Of a stretch of 64,000 nt of DNA, positions 51,601-63,998 are shown in pieces. Position 1 is the first letter of the stretch. Each line of letters starts with the position of its first letter. The notes under the pieces were generated by a model. It made no database searches. It was not told the origin of the DNA and was given only the letters and a program-made list of their open reading frames with translations. The stretch is from Eledone cirrhosa (lineage: Eukaryota), in NCBI GenBank assembly GCA_964016885.1, contig OZ024742.1, forward strand, positions 375,472,001 to 375,536,000, given 5' to 3'. The position numbers and the translations under genes are program-made.

Positions 51601-54600
51601 GACTTCTTCTGTGCTTTTGTTTTCTTCTGTGCTTTTGACTTCTTCTGTGCCTTTGACTTCTTCTGTGCCTTTGACTTCTTCTGTGCCTTTGACTTATCCT
51701 GTGCCTTTGACTTCTTCTGTGCTGTTGTTTTCTTCTGTGCTTTTGACTTCTTCTGTGCTTTTGTCTTCTTCTGTGCCTTTGACTTCTTCTGTGCCTTTGA
51801 CTTCTTCAGTGCCTTTGACTTCTTCTGTGCCTTTGTCTTCTTCTATGCCTTTGACTTCTTCTGTGCCTTTGACTTCTTCTGTGCTTTTGACTTCTTCTGT
51901 GCTTTTGACTTCTTCTGTGCCTTTGACTTCTTCTGTGCTTTTGACTTCTTCTGTGCCTTTGACTTCTTCTGTGCTTTTGACTTCTTCTGTGCTTTTGACT
52001 TCTTCTGTGCCTTTGACTTCTTCTGTGCTTTTGACTTCTTCTGTGCTTTTGACTTCTTCTGTGCCTTTGACTTTTTCTGTGCCTTTGTCTTCTTCTGTGC
52101 CTTTGACTTCTTCTGTGCCTTTGACTTCTTCTGTGCTTTTGTTTTCTTCTGTGCTTTTGACTTCTTCTGTGCCTTTGACTTCTTCTGTGCCTTTGACTTC
52201 TTCTGTGCCTTTGACTTATCCTGTGCCTTTGACTTCTTCTGTGCTTTTGTTTTCTTCTGTGCTTTTGACTTCTTCTGTGCTTTTGTCTTCTTCTGTGCCT
52301 TTGACTTCTTCTGTGCCTTTGACTTCTTCAGTGCCTTTGACTTCTTCTGTGCCTTTGTCTTCTTCTATGCCTTTGACTTCTTCTGTGCCTTTGACTTCTT
52401 CTGTGCTTTTGACTTCTTCTGTGCCTTTGACTTCTTCTGTGCCTTTGACTTCTTCTGTGCCTTTTGTCTTCTTCTGTGCATTTGACTTCTTCTGTGCCTT
52501 TGACTTCTTCTGTGCTTTTGTTTTCTTCTGTGCTTTTGACTTCTTCTGTGCCTTTGACTTCATCTGTGCCTTTGACTTCTTCTGTGCTTTTGACATCTTC
52601 TGTGCCTTTGACTTCTTCTGTGCCTTTGACTTCTTCTGTGCCTTTGTCTTCTTCTGTGCCTTTGACTTCTTCTGTGCTTTTGTCTTCTTCTGTGCCTTTG
52701 ACTTCTTCTGTGCTTTTGACTTCTGTGCTTTTGACTTCTTCTGTGCCTTTGACTTCTTCTGTGCTTTTGACTTCTTCTGTGCCTTTGACTTCTTCTGTGC
52801 TTTTGACATCTTCTGTGCCTTTGACTTCTTCTGTGCCTTTGTCTTCCTCTGTGCCTTTGACTTCTTCTGTGCTTTTGACTTCTTCTGTGCTTTTGACTTC
52901 TTCTATGCCTTTGACTTCTTCTGTGCTTTTGTTTTCTTCTGTACTTTTGACTTCTTCTGTGCCTTTGACTTCTTCTGTGCATTTGATTTCTTCTGTGCCT
53001 TTGACTTCTTCTGTGCCTTTGACTTCTTCTGTGCTTTTGACTTCTTCTGTGCTTTTGACTTCTTCTGTGCCTTTGACTTCTTCTGTGCTTTTGACTTCTT
53101 CTGTGCCTTTGACTTCTTCTGTGCTTTTGACTTCTTCTGTGCTTTTGACTTCTTCTGTGCCTTTGACTTCTTCTGTGCTTTTGACTTCTTCTGTGCTTTT
53201 GACTTCTTCTGTGCCTTTGACTTTTTCTGTGCCTTTGTCTTCTTCTGTGCCTTTGAATTCTTCTGTGCCTTTGACTTCTTCTGTGCTTTTGTTTTCTTCT
53301 GTGCTTTTGACTTCTTCTGTGCCTTTGACTTCTTCTGTGCCTTTGACTTCTTCTGTGCCTTTGACTTATCCTGTGCCTTTGACTTCTTCTGTGCTGTTGT
53401 TTTCTTCTGTGCTTTTGACTTCTTCTGTGCTTTTGTCTTCTTCTGTGCCTTTGACTTCTTCTGTGCCTTTGACTTCTTCAGTGCCTTTGACTTCTTCTGT
53501 GCCTTTGTCTTCTTCTATGCCTTTGACTTCTTCTGTGCCTTTGACTTCTTCTGTGCTTTTGACTTCTTCTGTGCTTTTGACTTCTTCTGTGCCTTTGACT
53601 TCTTCTGTGCTTTTGACTTCTTCTGTGCCTTTGACTTCTTCTGTGCTTTTGACTTCTTCTGTGCTTTTGACTTCTTCTGTGCCTTTGACTTCTTCTGTGC
53701 TTTTGACTTCTTCTGTGCTTTTGACTTCTTCTGTGCCTTTGACTTTTTCTGTGCCTTTGTCTTCTTCTGTGCCTTTGACTTCTTCTGTGCCTTTGACTTC
53801 TTCTGTGCTTTTGTTTTCTTCTGTGCTTTTGACTTCTTCTGTGCCTTTGACTTCTTCTGTGCCTTTGACTTCTTCTGTGCCTTTGACTTATCCTGTGCCT
53901 TTGACTTCTTCTGTGCTTTTGTTTTCTTCTGTGCTTTTGACTTCTTCTGTGCTTTTGTCTTCTTCTGTGCCTTTGACTTCTTCTGTGCCTTTGACTTCTT
54001 CAGTGCCTTTGACTTCTTCTGTGCCTTTGTCTTCTTCTATGCCTTTGACTTCTTCTGTGCCTTTGACTTCTTCTGTGCTTTTGTATTCTTCTGTGCTTTT
54101 GACTTCTTCTGTGCCTTTGACTTCTTCTGTGCCTTTGACTTCTTCTGTGCCTTTGACTTCTTCTGTGCCTTTGACTTCTTCTGTGCTTTTGTTTTCTTCT
54201 GTGCCTTTGACTTCTTCTGTGGTTTTGACTTCTTCTGTGCCTTTGACTTCTTCTGTGCCTTTGTCTTCCTCTGTGCCTTTGACTTCTTCTTTGCTTTTGA
54301 CTTCTTCTGTGCTTTTGACTTCTTCTATGCCTTTGACTTCTTCTGTGCTTTTGTTTTCTTCTGTACTTTTGACTTCTTCTGTGCCTTTGACTTCTTCTGT
54401 GCATTTGATTTCTTCTGTGCTTTTGACTTCTTCTGTGCCTTTGACTTCTTCTGTGCCTTTGACTTCTTCTGTGCTTTTGACTTCTTCTGTGCCTTTGACT
54501 TCTTCTGTGCCTTTGTCTTCTTCTGTGCCTTTGACTTCTTCTGTGCTTTTGTTTTCTTCTGTGCTTTTGACTTCTTCTGTGCCTTTGACTTCTTCTGTGC

Positions 54601-55710
54601 CTTTGACTTCTTCTGTGCCTTTGTCTTCTTCTGTGCCTTTGACCTCTTCTGTGATTTTGACTTCTTCTGTGCCTTTGTCTTCTTCTGTGCCTTTGACTTC
54701 TTCTGTGCCTTTGACTTCTTCTGTGCCTTTGACTTCTTCTGTGCTTTTGACTTCTTCTGTGCCTTTGACTTCTTCTGTGCCTTTGACTTCTTCTGTGCCT
54801 TTGACTTCTTCTGTGCTTTTGACTTCTTGTGTGCCTTTGACTTCTTCTGTGCTTTTGACTTCTTCTGTGCTTTTGTTTTCTTCTGTGCCTTTGACTTCTT
54901 CTGTGCCTTTGACTTCTTCTGTGCCTTTGACTTCTTCTGTGCTTTTGACTTCTTCTGTGTCTTTGACTTCTTCTGTGCTTTTGACTTCTTCTGTGCCTTT
55001 GACTTCTTCTGTGCTTTTGACTTCTTCTGTGCATTTGACTTCCTCTGTGCCTTTGACTTCTTCTGTGCCTTTGTCTTCTTCTGTGCCTTTGACTTCTTCT
55101 GTGCCTTTGACTTCTTCTGTGCTTTTGACTTCTTCTGTGCCTTTGACTTCTTCTGTGCCTTTGACTTCTTCTGTGCCTTTTGTCTTCTTCTGTGCATTTG
55201 ACTTCTTCTGTGCCTTTGACTTCTTCTGTGCTTTTGTTTTCTTCTGTGCTTTTGACTTCTTCTGTGCCTTTGACTTCATCTGTGCCTTTGACTTCTTCTG
55301 TGCTTTTGACATCTTCTGTGCCTTTGACTTCTTCTGTGCCTTTGACTTCTTCTGTGCCTTTGTCTTCTTCTGTGCCTTTGACTTCTTCTGTGCTTTTGTC
55401 TTCTTCTGTGCCTTTGACTTCTTCTGTGCTTTTGACTTCTGTGCTTTTGACTTCTTCTGTGCCTTTGACTTCTTCTGTGCTTTTGACTTCTTCTGTGCCT
55501 TTGACTTCTTCTGTGCTTTTGACATCTTCTGTGCCTTTGACTTCTTCTGTGCCTTTGTCTTCCTCTGTGCCTTTGACTTCTTCTGTGCTTTTGACTTCTT
55601 CTGTGCTTTTGACTTCTTCTATGCCTTTGACTTCTTCTGTGCTTTTGTTTTCTTCTGTACTTTTGACTTCTTCTGTGCCTTTGACTTCTTCTGTGCATTT
55701 GATTTCTTCT
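48630..55710. repeat. Nested triplication: ~2715-bp unit, a 1672-bp internally deleted copy and a second full unit, each containing a 522-bp (29-monomer) duplication
   Basis: TTATCCT pairs at 48980/49502, 51694/52216 and 53366/53888 (each +522). 19-bp monomers at 50787, 52457 and 55173. ORFs 49502..51139 and 53888..55525 are offset by 4386. Confidence 0.92.
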
Positions 55711-58700
55711 GTGCTTTTGACTTCTTCTGTGCCTTTGACTTCTTCTGTGCTTTTGACTTCTTCTGTGCCTTTGAGTTCTTCTGTGACTTTGTCTTCTTCT
55801 GTGCCTTTGACTTCTTCTGTGCTTTTGTTTTCTTCTGTGCTTTTGACTTCTTCTGTGCCTTTGACTTCTTCTGTGCCTTTAACTTCTTCTGTGCTTTTGA
55901 CTTCTTCTGTGCCTTTGACTTCTTCTGTGCCTTTGTCTTCTTCTGTGCTTTTGACTTCTTCTGTGCCTTTGACTTCTTCTGTGCCTTTGACTTCTTCTGT
56001 GCCTTTGTCTTCTTCTGTGCCTTTGACCTCTTCTGTGCTTTTGACTTCTTCTGTGCCTTTGTCTTCTTCTGTGCCTTTGACTTCTTCTGTGCCTTTGACT
56101 TCTTCTGTGCCTTTGACTTCTTCTGTGCTTTTGACTTCTTCTGTGCCTTTGACTTCTTCTGTGCCTTTGACTTCTTCTGTACCTTTGACTTCTTCTGTGC
56201 CTTTGACTTCTTCTGTGCCTTTGACTTCTTCTGTGCTTTTGACTTCTTGTGTGCCTTTGACTTCTTCTGTGCTTTTGACTTCTTCTGTGCCTTTGACTTC
56301 TTCTGTGCTTTTGACTTCTTCTGTGCCTTTGACTTCTTCTGTGCCTTTGACTTCTTCTGTGCCTTTGACTTCTTCTGTGCCTTTGACTTCTTCTGTGCCT
56401 TTGACTTCTTCTGTGCTTTTGTTTTCTTCTGTGCTTTTGACTTCTTCTGTGCCTTTGACTTCTTCTGTGCCTTTAACTTCTTCTGTGCTTTTGACTTCTT
56501 CTGTGCCTGTGAATTCTTCTGTGCCTTTGACTACTTCTGTGCTTTTGACTTCTTCTGTGCCTTTGACTTCTTCTGTGCCTTTGACTTCTTCTGTGCCTTT
56601 GTCTTCTTCTGTGCCTTTGACTTCTTCTGTGCCTTTGACTTCTTCTGTGCTTTTGTTTTCTTCTGTGCTTTTGACTTCTTCTGTGCCTTTGACTTCTTCT
56701 GTGCCTTTGACTTCTTCTGTGCCTTTGACTTCTTCTGTGCCTTTGACTTCTTCTGTGCTTTTGTTTTCTTCTGTGCCTTTGACTTCTTCTGTGCCTTTGT
56801 CTTCTTCTGTGCCTTTGACTTCTTCTGTGCCTTTGACTTCTTCTGTGCCTTTGACTTCTTCTGTGCTTTTGACTTCTTCTGTGCCTTTGACTTCTTCTGT
56901 GGTTTTGACTTCTTCTGTGCCTTTGACTTCTTCTGTGCCTTTGTCTTCTTCTGTGCCTTTGACTTCTGTGCTTTTGACTTCTTCTGTGCTTTTGACTTCT
57001 TCTATGCCTTTGACTTCTTCTGTGCTTTTGTTTTCTTCTGTACTTTTGACTTCTTCTGTGCCTTTGTCTTCTTCTGTGCATTTGACTTCTTCTGTGCTTT
57101 TGACTTCTTCTGTGCCTTTGACTTCTTCTCTGCCTTTGACTTCTTCTGTGCTTTTGACTTCTTCTGTGCCTTTGACTTCTTCTGTGCCTTTGTCTTCTTC
57201 TGTGCCTTTGACTTCTTCTGTGCTTTTGTTTTCTTCTGTGCTTTTGACTTCTTCTGTGCCTTTGACTTCTTCTGTGCCTTTAACTTCTTCTGTGCTTTTG
57301 ACTTCTTCTGTGCCTTTTACTTCTTCTGTGCCTTTGTCTTCTTCTGTGCTTTTGACTTCTTCTGTGCCTTTGGCTTCTTCTGTGCCTTTGTCTTCTTCTG
57401 TGCCTTTGACCTCTTCTGTGCCTTTGACTTCTTCTGTGCTTTTGTTTTCTTCTGTGCTTTTGACTTCTTCTGTGCCTTTGTCTTCTTCTGTGCCTTTGAC
57501 TTCTTCTGTGCCTTTGACTTCTTTTGTGCCTTTGACTTCTTCTGTGCTTTTGACTTCTTCTGTACCTTTGACTTCTTCTGTGCCTTTGACTTCTTCTGTG
57601 CCTTTGACTTCTTCTGTGCTTTTGACTTCTTGTGTGCCTTTGACTTCTTCTGTGCTTTTGACTTCTTCTGTGCCTTTGACTTCTTCTGTGCTTTTGACTT
57701 CTTCTGTGCCTTTGACTTCTTCTGTGCCTTTGACTTCTTCTGTGCCTTTGACTTCTTCTGTGCCTTTGACTTCTTCTGTGCCTTTGACTTCTTCTGTGCT
57801 TTTGACTTCTTCTGTGCCTTTGACTTCTTCTGTGCCTTTGACTTCTTCTGTGCCTTTGACTTCTTCTGTGCTTTTGACTTCTTCTGTGCCTTTGACTTCT
57901 TCTGTGCCTTTGACTTCTTCTGTGCTTTTGACTTCTTCTGTGCCTTTGACTTCTTCTGTGCATTTATCTTCTTCTGTGCCTTTGACTTCTTCTGTGCTTT
58001 TGTTTTCTTCTGTACTTTTGACTTCTTCTGTGCCTTTGACTTCTTCTCTGCCGTTGACTTCTTCTGTGCCTTTGACTTCTTCTGTGCCTTTGACTTCTTC
58101 TGTGCTTTTGACTTCTTCTCTGCCTTTGACTTCTTCTGTGCCTTTGTCTTCTTCTGTGCCTTTGACTTCTTCTGTGCCTTTGACTTCTTCTGTGCTTTTG
58201 TTTTCTTCTGTGCTTTTGACTTCTTCCATGCTTTTGACTTCTTCTGTGCCTTTGACTTCTTCTGTGCCTTTGACTTCTTCTGTGCCTTTGTCTTCTTCTG
58301 TGCCTTTGACTTCTTCTGTGCCTTTGACTTCTTCTGTGCCTTTGACTTCTTCTGTGCCTTTGACTTCTTCTGTGCCTTTGACTTCTTGTGTGCTTTTGAC
58401 TTCTTCTGTGCCTTTGACTTCGTCTGTGCTTTTGACTTCTTCTGTTCCTTTGACTTCTTCTGTGCTTTTGACTTCTTCTGTGCCCTTGACTTCTTCTGTG
58501 CCTTTGACTTCTTCTGTGCTTTTGTTGTCTTCTGTGCTTTTGACTTCTTCTGTGCCTTTGACTTCTTCTGTGCCTTTGCCTTCTTCTGTGCCTTTGACTT
58601 CTTCTGTGCCTTTGACTTCTTCTGTGCTTTTGTTTTCTTCTGTGCCTTTGACTTCTTCTGTGGTTTTGACATCTTCTGTGCCTTTGACTTCTTCTGTGCC

Positions 58701-61700
58701 TTTGTCTTCCTCTGTGCCTTTGACTTCTTCTGTGCTTTTGACTTCTTCTGTGCTTTTGACTTCTTCTATGCCTTTGACTTCTTCTGTGCTTTTGTTTTCT
58801 TCTGTACTTTTGACTTCTTCTGTGCCTTTGACTTCTTCTGTGCATTTGATTTCTTCTGTGCTTTTGACTTCTTCTGTGCCTTTGACTTCTTCTGTGCTTT
58901 TGACTTCTTCTGTGCCTTTGAGTTCTTCTGTGCCTTTGTCTTCTTCTGTGCCTTTGACTTCTTCTGTGCTTTTGTTTTCTTCTGTGCTTTTGACTTCTTC
59001 TGTGCCTTTGACTTCTTCTGTGCCTTTAACTTCTTCTGTGCTTTTGACTTCTTCTGTGCCTTTGACTTCTTCTGTGCCTTTGTCTTCTTCTGTGCTTTTG
59101 ACTTCTTCTGTGCCTTTGACTTCTTCTGTGCCTTTGACTTCTTCTGTGCCTTTGTCTTCTTCTGTGCCTTTGACCTCTTCTGTGCTTTTGACTTCTTCTG
59201 TGCCTTTGTCTTCTTCTGTGCCTTTGACTTCTTCTGTGCCTTTGACTTCTTCTGTGCCTTTGACTTCTTCTGTGCTTTTGACTTCTTCTGTGCCTTTGAC
59301 TTCTTCTGTGCCTTTGACTTCTTCTGTGCCTTTGACTTCTTCTGTGCTTTTGACTTCTTGTGTGCCTTTGACTTCTTCTGTGCTTTTGACTTCTTCTGTG
59401 CTTTTGTTTTCTTCTGTGCCTTTGACTTCTTCTGTGCCTTTGACTTCTTCTGTGCCTTTGACTTCTTCTGTGCTTTTGACTTCTTCTGTGTCTTTGACTT
59501 CTTCTGTGCTTTTGACTTCTTCTGTGCCTTTGACTTCTTCTGTGCTTTTGACTTCTTCTGTGCATTTGACTTCCTCTGTGCCTTTGACTTCTTCTGTGCC
59601 TTTGTCTTCTTCTGTGCCTTTGACTTCTTCTGTGCCTTTGACTTCTTCTGTGCTTTTGACTTCTTCTGTGCCTTTGACTTCTTCTGTGCCTTTGACTTCT
59701 TCTGTGCCTTTGTCTTCTTCTGTGCATTTGACTTCTTCTGTGCCTTTGACTTCTTCTGTGCTTTTGTTTTCTTCTGTGCTTTTGACTTCTTCTGTGCCTT
59801 TGACTTCTTCTGTGCCTTTGACTTCTTCTGTGCTTTTGACATCTTCTGTGCCTTTGACTTCTTCTGTGCCTTTGACTTCTTCTGTGCCTTTGTCTTCTTC
59901 TGTGCCTTTGACTTCTTCTGTGCTTTTGTCTTCTTCTGTGCCTTTGACTTCTTCTGTGCTTTTGACTTCTTCTGTGCCTTTGACTTCTTTTCTGCTTTTA
60001 TTTTCTTCTGTGCTTTTGACTTCTTCTGTGCCTTTGACTTCTTCTGTGCCTTTGACTTCTTCTGTGCCTTTGACTTCTTCTGTGCCTTTGACTTCTTCTG
60101 TGCTTTTGTTTTCTTCTGTGCTTTTGACTTCTTCTGTGCCTTTGTCTTCTTCTGTGCCTTTGAGTTCTTCTGTGCTTTTGACTTCTGTGCCTTTGACTTC
60201 TTCTGTGCTTTTGACTTCTTCTGTGAGTTTGACTTCTTCTGTGCCCTTGATTTCTTCTGTGCCTTTGACTTCTTCGGGGCCTTTGACTTCTTCTGTGCTT
60301 TTGTTTTCTTCTGTGCCTTTGACTTCTTCTGTGCCTTTGTCTTCTTCTGTGCCTTTGACTTCTTCTGTGCTTTTGACTTCTGTGCTTTTGACTTCTTCTG
60401 TGCCTTTGACTTCTTCTGTGCTTTTGACTTCTTCTGTGCCTTTGACTTCTTCTGTGCTTTTGACTTCTTCTGTGCCTTTGACTTCTTCTGTGCCTTTGAC
60501 TTCTTCTGTGCCTTTGTCTTCTTCTGTGCCTTTGACTTCTTCTGTGCCTTTGACTTCTACTGTGCCTTTGACTTCTTCTGTGCTTTTGTCTTCTTCTGTG
60601 CCTTTGACTTCTTCTGTGCTTTTGACTTCTTCTGTGCCTTTGACTTCTTCTGTGCCTTTGACTTCTTCTGTGCCTTTGACTTCTTCTGTGACTTTGACTT
60701 CTTCTGTGCTTTTGACTTCTTCTGTGACTTTGACTTCATCTGTGCTTTTGACTTCTTCTGTGCTTTTGACTTCTTCTGTGCCTTTGACTTCTTCTGTGCC
60801 TTTGACTTCTTCTGTGCTTTTGACTTCTTCTATGCCTTTGACTTCTTCTGTGCCTTTGACTTCTTCTCTGCTTTTGACTTCTTCTGTGCCTTTGACTTCT
60901 TCTGTGCCTTTGACTTCTTCTGTGCCTTTGTCTTCTTCTGTGCCTTTGACTTCTTCTGTGCCTTTGACTTCTTCTGTGCTTTTGTTTTCTTCTGTGCTTT
61001 TGACTTCTTCTGTGCCTTTGACTTCTTCTGTGCCTTTAACTTCTTCTGTGCTTTTGACTTCTTCTGTGCCTTTGACTTCTTCTGTGCCTTTGTCTTCTTC
61101 TGTGCCTTTGACCTCTTCTGTGCTTTTGACTTCTTCTGTGCCTTTGTCTTCTTCTGTGCCTTTGACTTCTTCTGTGCCTTTGACTTCTTCTGTGCCTTTG
61201 ACTTCTTCTGTGCTTTTGACTTCTTCTGTGCCTTTGACTTCTTCTGTGCCTTTGACTTCTTCTGTACCTTTGACTTCTTCTGTGCCTTTGACTTCTTCTG
61301 TGCCTTTGACTTCTTCTGTGCTTTTGACTTCTTGTGTGCCTTTGACTTCTTCTGTGCTTTTGACTTCTTCTGTGCCTTTGACTTCTTCTGTGCCTTTGAC
61401 TTCTTCTGTGCCTTTGACTTCTTCTGTGCCTTTGACTTCTTCTGTGCCTTTGACTTCTTCTGTGCCTTTGACTTCTTCTGTGCTTTTGTTTTCTTCTGTG
61501 CTTTTGACTTCTTCTGTGCCTTTGACTTCTTCTGTGCCTTTAACTTCTTCTGTGCTTTTGACTTCTTCTGTGCCTGTGAATTCTTCTGTGCCTTTGACTT
61601 CTTCTGTGCTTTTGACTTCTTCTGTGCCTTTGACTTCTTCTGTGCCTTTGACTTCTTCTGTGCCTTTGTCTTCTTCTGTGCCTTTGACTTCTTCTGTGCC

Positions 61701-63998
61701 TTTGACTTCTTCTGTGCTTTTGTTTTCTTCTGTGCTTTTGACTTCTTCTGTGCCTTTGACTTCTTCTGTGCCTTTGACTTCTTCTGTGCCTTTGACTTCT
61801 TCTGTGCCTTTGACTTCTTCTGTGCTTTTGTTTTCTTCTGTGCCTTTGACTTCTTCTGTGCCTTTGTCTTCTTCTGTGCCTCTGACTTCTTCTGTGCCTT
61901 TGACTTCTTCTGTGCCTTTGACTTCTTCTGTGCTTTTGACTTCTTCTGTGCCTTTGACTTCTTCTGTGGTTTTGTCTTCTTCTGTGCCTTTGACTTCTGT
62001 GCTTTTGACTTCTTCTGTGCTTTTGACTTCTTCTATGCCTTTGACTTCTTCTGTGCTTTTGTTTTCTTCTGTACTTTTGACTTCTTCTGTGCCTTTGTCT
62101 TCTTCTGTGCATTTGACTTCTTCTGTGCTTTTGACTTCTTCTGTGCCTTTGACTTCTTCTCTGCCTTTGACTTCTTCTGTGCTTTTGACTTCTTCTGTGC
62201 CTTTGACTTCTTCTGTGCCTTTGTCTTCTTCTGTGCCTTTGACTTCTTCTGTGCTTTTGTTTTCTTCTGTGCTTTTGACTTCTTCTGTGCCTTTGACTTC
62301 TTCTGTGCCTTTAACTTCTTCTGTGCTTTTGACTTCTTCTGTGCCTTTTACTTCTTCTGTGCCTTTGTCTTCTTCTGTGCTTTTGACTTCTTCTGTGCCT
62401 TTGGCTTCTTCTGTGCCTTTGTCTTCTTCTGTGCCTTTGACCTCTTCTGTGCCTTTGACTTCTTCTGTGCTTTTGTTTTCTTCTGTGCTTTTGACTTCTT
62501 CTGTGCCTTTGACTTCTTCTGTGCCTTTGACTTCTTCTGTGCCTTTGACTTCTTTTGTGCCTTTGACTTCTTCTGTGCTTTTGACTTCTTCTGTACCTTT
62601 GACTTCTTCTGTGCCTTTGACTTCTTCTGTGCCTTTGACTTCTTCTGTGCTTTTGACTTCTTGTGTGCCTTTGACTTCTTCTGTGCTTTTGACTTCTTCT
62701 GTGCCTTTGACTTCTTCTGTGCTTTTGACTTCTTCTGTGCCTTTGACTTCTTCTGTGCCTTTGACTTCTTCTGTGCCTTTGACTTCTTCTGTGCCTTTGA
62801 CTTCTTCTGTGCCTTTGACTTCTTCTGTGCTTTTGACTTCTTCTGTGCCTTTGACTTCTTCTGTGCCTTTGACTTCTTCTGTGCCTTTGACTTCTTCTGT
62901 GCTTTTGACTTCTTCTGTGCCTTTGACTTCTACTGTGCCTTTGACTTCTTCTGTGCTTTTGACTTCTTCTGTGCCTTTGACTTCTTCTGTGCATTTATCT
63001 TCTTCTGTGCCTTTGACTTCTTCTGTGCTTTTGTTTTCTTCTGTACTTTTGACTTCTTCTGTGCCTTTGACTTCTTCTCTGCCGTTGACTTCTTCTGTGC
63101 TTTTGACTTCTTCTCTGCCTTTGACTTCTTCTGTGCCTTTGTCTTCTTCTGTGCCTTTGACTTCTTCTGTGCCTTTGACTTCTTCTGTGCATTTATCTTC
63201 TTCTGTGCCTTTGACTTCTTCTGTGCTTTTGTTTTCTTCTGTACTTTTGACTTCTTCTGTGCCTTTGACTTCTTCTGTGCCTTTGACTTCTTCTGTGCTT
63301 TTGACTTCTTCTCTGCCTTTGACTTCTTCTGTGCCTTTGTCTTCTTCTGTGCCTTTGACTTCTTCTGTGCCTTTGACTTCTTCTGTGCTTTTGTTTTCTT
63401 CTGTGCTTTTGACTTCTTCCATGCTTTTGACTTCTTCTGTGCCTTTGACTTCTTCTGTGCCTTTGACTTCTTCTGTGCCTTTGTCTTCTTCTGTGCCTTT
63501 GACTTCTTCTGTGCCTTTGACTTCTTCTGTGCCTTTGACTTCTTCTGTGCCTTTGACTTCTTCTGTGCCTTTGACTTCTTCTGTGCTTTTGACTTCTTCT
63601 GTGCCTTTGACTTCGTCTGTGCTCTTGACTTCTTCTGTGCCTTTGACTTCTTCTGTGCTTTTGACTTCTTCTGTGCCCTTGACTTCTTCTGTGCCTTTGA
63701 CTTCTTCTGTGCTTTTGTTTTCTTCTGTGCTTTTGACTTCTTCTGTGCCTTTGACTTCTTCTGTGCCTTTGCCTTCTTCTGTGCCTTTGACTTCTTCTGT
63801 GCCTTTGACTTCTTCTGTGCTTTTGTTTTCTTCTGTGCCTTTGACTTCTTCTGTGGTTTTGACATCTTCTGTGCCTTTGACTTCTTCTGTGCCTTTGTCT
63901 TCCTCTGTGCCTTTGACTTCTTCTGTGCTTTTGACTTCTTCTGTGCTTTTGACTTCTTCTATGCCTTTGACTTCTTCTGTGCTTTTGTTTTCTTCTGT
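54000..63998 (-). CDS. Possible 5'-truncated giant low-complexity ORF: ~2,940 codons of (V/D/N)K(G/S)TEE hexapeptide repeats (63998-55179), then a +1 frameshift into an RHRRSQ tail ending at TGA 54000-54002; coding status unproven
   Basis: The ORF track gives 54000..63422 (-). The same frame stays open from 63422 to the window edge. Its ATG is just a variant monomer (TTCCAT at 63417-63422, also at ~58224), not a credible start. The acidic E/K/T/V composition is the most protein-like of the open frames, but openness is expected from the repeat itself. Confidence 0.25.
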   Translation of the reverse strand, partial: TEENKSTEEVKGIEEVKSTEEVKSTEEVKGTEEDKGTEEVKGTEDVKTTEEVKGTEENKSTEEVKGTEEVKGTEEGKGTEEVKGTEEVKSTEENKSTEEVKGTEEVKGTEEVKSTEEVKGTEEVKSTDEVKGTEEVKSTEEVKGTEEVKGTEEVKGTEEVKGTEEVKGTEEDKGTEEVKGTEEVKGTEEVKSMEEVKSTEENKSTEEVKGTEEVKGTEEDKGTEEVKGREEVKSTEEVKGTEEVKGTEEVKSTEENKSTEEVKGTEEDKCTEEVKGTEEVKGTEEDKGTEEVKGREEVKSTEEVNGREEVKGTEEVKSTEENKSTEEVKGTEEDKCTEEVKGTEEVKSTEEVKGTVEVKGTEEVKSTEEVKGTEEVKGTEEVKGTEEVKSTEEVKGTEEVKGTEEVKGTEEVKGTEEVKGTEEVKSTEEVKGTEEVKSTEEVKGTQEVKSTEEVKGTEEVKGTEEVKGTEEVKSTEEVKGTKEVKGTEEVKGTEEVKGTEEVKSTEENKSTEEVKGTEEVKGTEEDKGTEEAKGTEEVKSTEEDKGTEEVKGTEEVKSTEEVKGTEEVKGTEEVKSTEENKSTEEVKGTEEDKGTEEVKGTEEVKSTEEVKGREEVKGTEEVKSTEEVKCTEEDKGTEEVKSTEENKSTEEVKGIEEVKSTEEVKSTEVKGTEEDKTTEEVKGTEEVKSTEEVKGTEEVKGTEEVRGTEEDKGTEEVKGTEENKSTEEVKGTEEVKGTEEVKGTEEVKGTEEVKSTEENKSTEEVKGTEEVKGTEEDKGTEEVKGTEEVKGTEEVKSTEEVKGTEEFTGTEEVKSTEEVKGTEEVKGTEEVKSTEENKSTEEVKGTEEVKGTEEVKGTEEVKGTEEVKGTEEVKGTEEVKSTEEVKGTQEVKSTEEVKGTEEVKGTEEVKGTEEVKGTEEVKGTEEVKSTEEVKGTEEVKGTEEVKGTEEDKGTEEVKSTEEVKGTEEDKGTEEVKGTEEVKSTEEVKGTEEVKGTEEVKSTEENKSTEEVKGTEEVKGTEEDKGTEEVKGTEEVKGTEEVKSREEVKGTEEVKGIEEVKSTEEVKGTEEVKGTEEVKSTEEVKSTDEVKVTEEVKSTEEVKVTEEVKGTEEVKGTEEVKGTEEVKSTEEVKGTEEDKSTEEVKGTVEVKGTEEVKGTEEDKGTEEVKGTEEVKGTEEVKSTEEVKGTEEVKSTEEVKGTEEVKSTEVKSTEEVKGTEEDKGTEEVKGTEENKSTEEVKGPEEVKGTEEIKGTEEVKLTEEVKSTEEVKGTEVKSTEELKGTEEDKGTEEVKSTEENKSTEEVKGTEEVKGTEEVKGTEEVKGTEEVKSTEENKSRKEVKGTEEVKSTEEVKGTEEDKSTEEVKGTEEDKGTEEVKGTEEVKGTEDVKSTEEVKGTEEVKGTEEVKSTEENKSTEEVKGTEEVKCTEEDKGTEEVKGTEEVKGTEEVKSTEEVKGTEEVKGTEEDKGTEEVKGTEEVKCTEEVKSTEEVKGTEEVKSTEEVKDTEEVKSTEEVKGTEEVKGTEEVKGTEENKSTEEVKSTEEVKGTQEVKSTEEVKGTEEVKGTEEVKGTEEVKSTEEVKGTEEVKGTEEVKGTEEDKGTEEVKSTEEVKGTEEDKGTEEVKGTEEVKGTEEVKSTEEDKGTEEVKGTEEVKSTEEVKGTEEVKGTEEVKSTEENKSTEEVKGTEEDKGTEELKGTEEVKSTEEVKGTEEVKSTEEIKCTEEVKGTEEVKSTEENKSTEEVKGIEEVKSTEEVKSTEEVKGTEEDKGTEEVKGTEDVKTTEEVKGTEENKSTEEVKGTEEVKGTEEGKGTEEVKGTEEVKSTEDNKSTEEVKGTEEVKGTEEVKSTEEVKGTEEVKSTDEVKGTEEVKSTQEVKGTEEVKGTEEVKGTEEVKGTEEVKGTEEDKGTEEVKGTEEVKGTEEVKSMEEVKSTEENKSTEEVKGTEEVKGTEEDKGTEEVKGREEVKSTEEVKGTEEVKGTEEVNGREEVKGTEEVKSTEENKSTEEVKGTEEDKCTEEVKGTEEVKSTEEVKGTEEVKGTEEVKSTEEVKGTEEVKGTEEVKGTEEVKSTEEVKGTEEVKGTEEVKGTEEVKGTEEVKGTEEVKSTEEVKGTEEVKSTEEVKGTQEVKSTEEVKGTEEVKGTEEVKGTEEVKSTEEVKGTKEVKGTEEVKGTEEDKGTEEVKSTEENKSTEEVKGTEEVKGTEEDKGTEEAKGTEEVKSTEEDKGTEEVKGTEEVKSTEEVKGTEEVKGTEEVKSTEENKSTEEVKGTEEDKGTEEVKGTEEVKSTEEVKGREEVKGTEEVKSTEEVKCTEEDKGTEEVKSTEENKSTEEVKGIEEVKSTEEVKSTEVKGTEEDKGTEEVKGTEEVKTTEEVKGTEEVKSTEEVKGTEEVKGTEEVKGTEEDKGTEEVKGTEENKSTEEVKGTEEVKGTEEVKGTEEVKGTEEVKSTEENKSTEEVKGTEEVKGTEEDKGTEEVKGTEEVKGTEEVKSTEVVKGTEEFTGTEEVKSTEEVKGTEEVKGTEEVKSTEENKSTEEVKGTEEVKGTEEVKGTEEVKGTEEVKGTEEVKSTEEVKGTEEVKSTEEVKGTQEVKSTEEVKGTEEVKGTEEVKGTEEVKGTEEVKGTEEVKSTEEVKGTEEVKGTEEVKGTEEDKGTEEVKSTEEVKGTEEDKGTEEVKGTEEVKGTEEVKSTEEDKGTEEVKGTEEVKSTEEVKGTEEVKGTEEVKSTEENKSTEEVKGTEEDKVTEELKGTEEVKSTEEVKGTEEVKSTEEIKCTEEVKGTEEVKSTEENKSTEEVKGIEEVKSTEEVKSTEEVKGTEEDKGTEEVKGTEDVKSTEEVKGTEEVKSTEEVKGTEEVKSTEVKSTEEVKGTEEDKSTEEVKGTEEDKGTEEVKGTEEVKGTEDVKSTEEVKGTDEVKGTEEVKSTEENKSTEEVKGTEEVKCTEEDKRHRRSQRHRRSQRHRRSQKHRRSQRHRRSQRHRRRQRHRRSQRHRGSQMHRRSQKHRRSQRHRRSQKHRRSQRHRRSQKHRRSQRHRRSQRHRRSQRHRRKQKHRRSQKHRRSQRHTRSQKHRRSQRHRRSQRHRRSQRHRRSQKHRRSQRHRRSQRHRRSQRHRRRQRHRRSQNHRRGQRHRRRQRHRRSQRHRRSQRHRRSQKHRRKQKHRRSQRHRRRQRHRRSQRHRRSQKHRRSQRHRRSQRHRRSQKHRRNQMHRRSQRHRRSQKYRRKQKHRRSQRHRRSQKHRRSQKQRRSQRHRGRQRHRRSQRHRRSQNHRRSQRHRRKQKHRRSQRHRRSQRHRRSQRHRRSQRHRRSQKHRRIQKHRRSQRHRRSQRHRRRQRHRRSQRH

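Larger units (their letters stand above)
1..55178 (-). pseudogene. Disrupted continuation of the VKGTEE frame (only meaningful if the array is coding-derived)
   Basis: In-frame TAA comes from variant monomers GACTTATACTGT (e.g. 50, 2491, 4248, 5652, 8439, 9318, 17372, 19673, 24887), GACTTATCCTGT (e.g. 11871, 15668, 23183, 48980, 49502, 52216, 53888) and GCCTTAGAC (e.g. 1661, 3418, 18875, 21539, 42839, 45863). Frameshifting monomers start at 2373, 4130, 12598, 50787, 51325, 52457 and 55173. Confidence 0.2.

Noticed and set aside
50-53890. Stop-codon reassignment (TAA = Glu, as in Blastocrithidia or peritrich ciliates), since many in-frame TAA replace GAA
   Set aside because: TAA also replaces the Lys codon AAA (GCCTTAGAC variant, e.g. 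1661, 18875, 42839). All cases are single-base changes spread by duplication from a few events, and frameshifts break the frame anyway.
3-63865. Long ORFs encoding (VPLTSS)n, (CAFDFF)n, (KKSKAQ)n and (RHRRSQ)n, resembling mucin-, histone H1- or protamine-like proteins
   Set aside because: The consensus monomer has a stop (TGA) in only one of six frames, so overlapping multi-kb ORFs are automatic. Starts and ends coincide with variant monomers and there is no unique domain.
55179-63998. Assignment to a named gene such as neurofilament heavy chain or a parasite repeat antigen
   Set aside because: Only compositional resemblance. There are no KSP motifs and no non-repetitive domain in the window to support any name.
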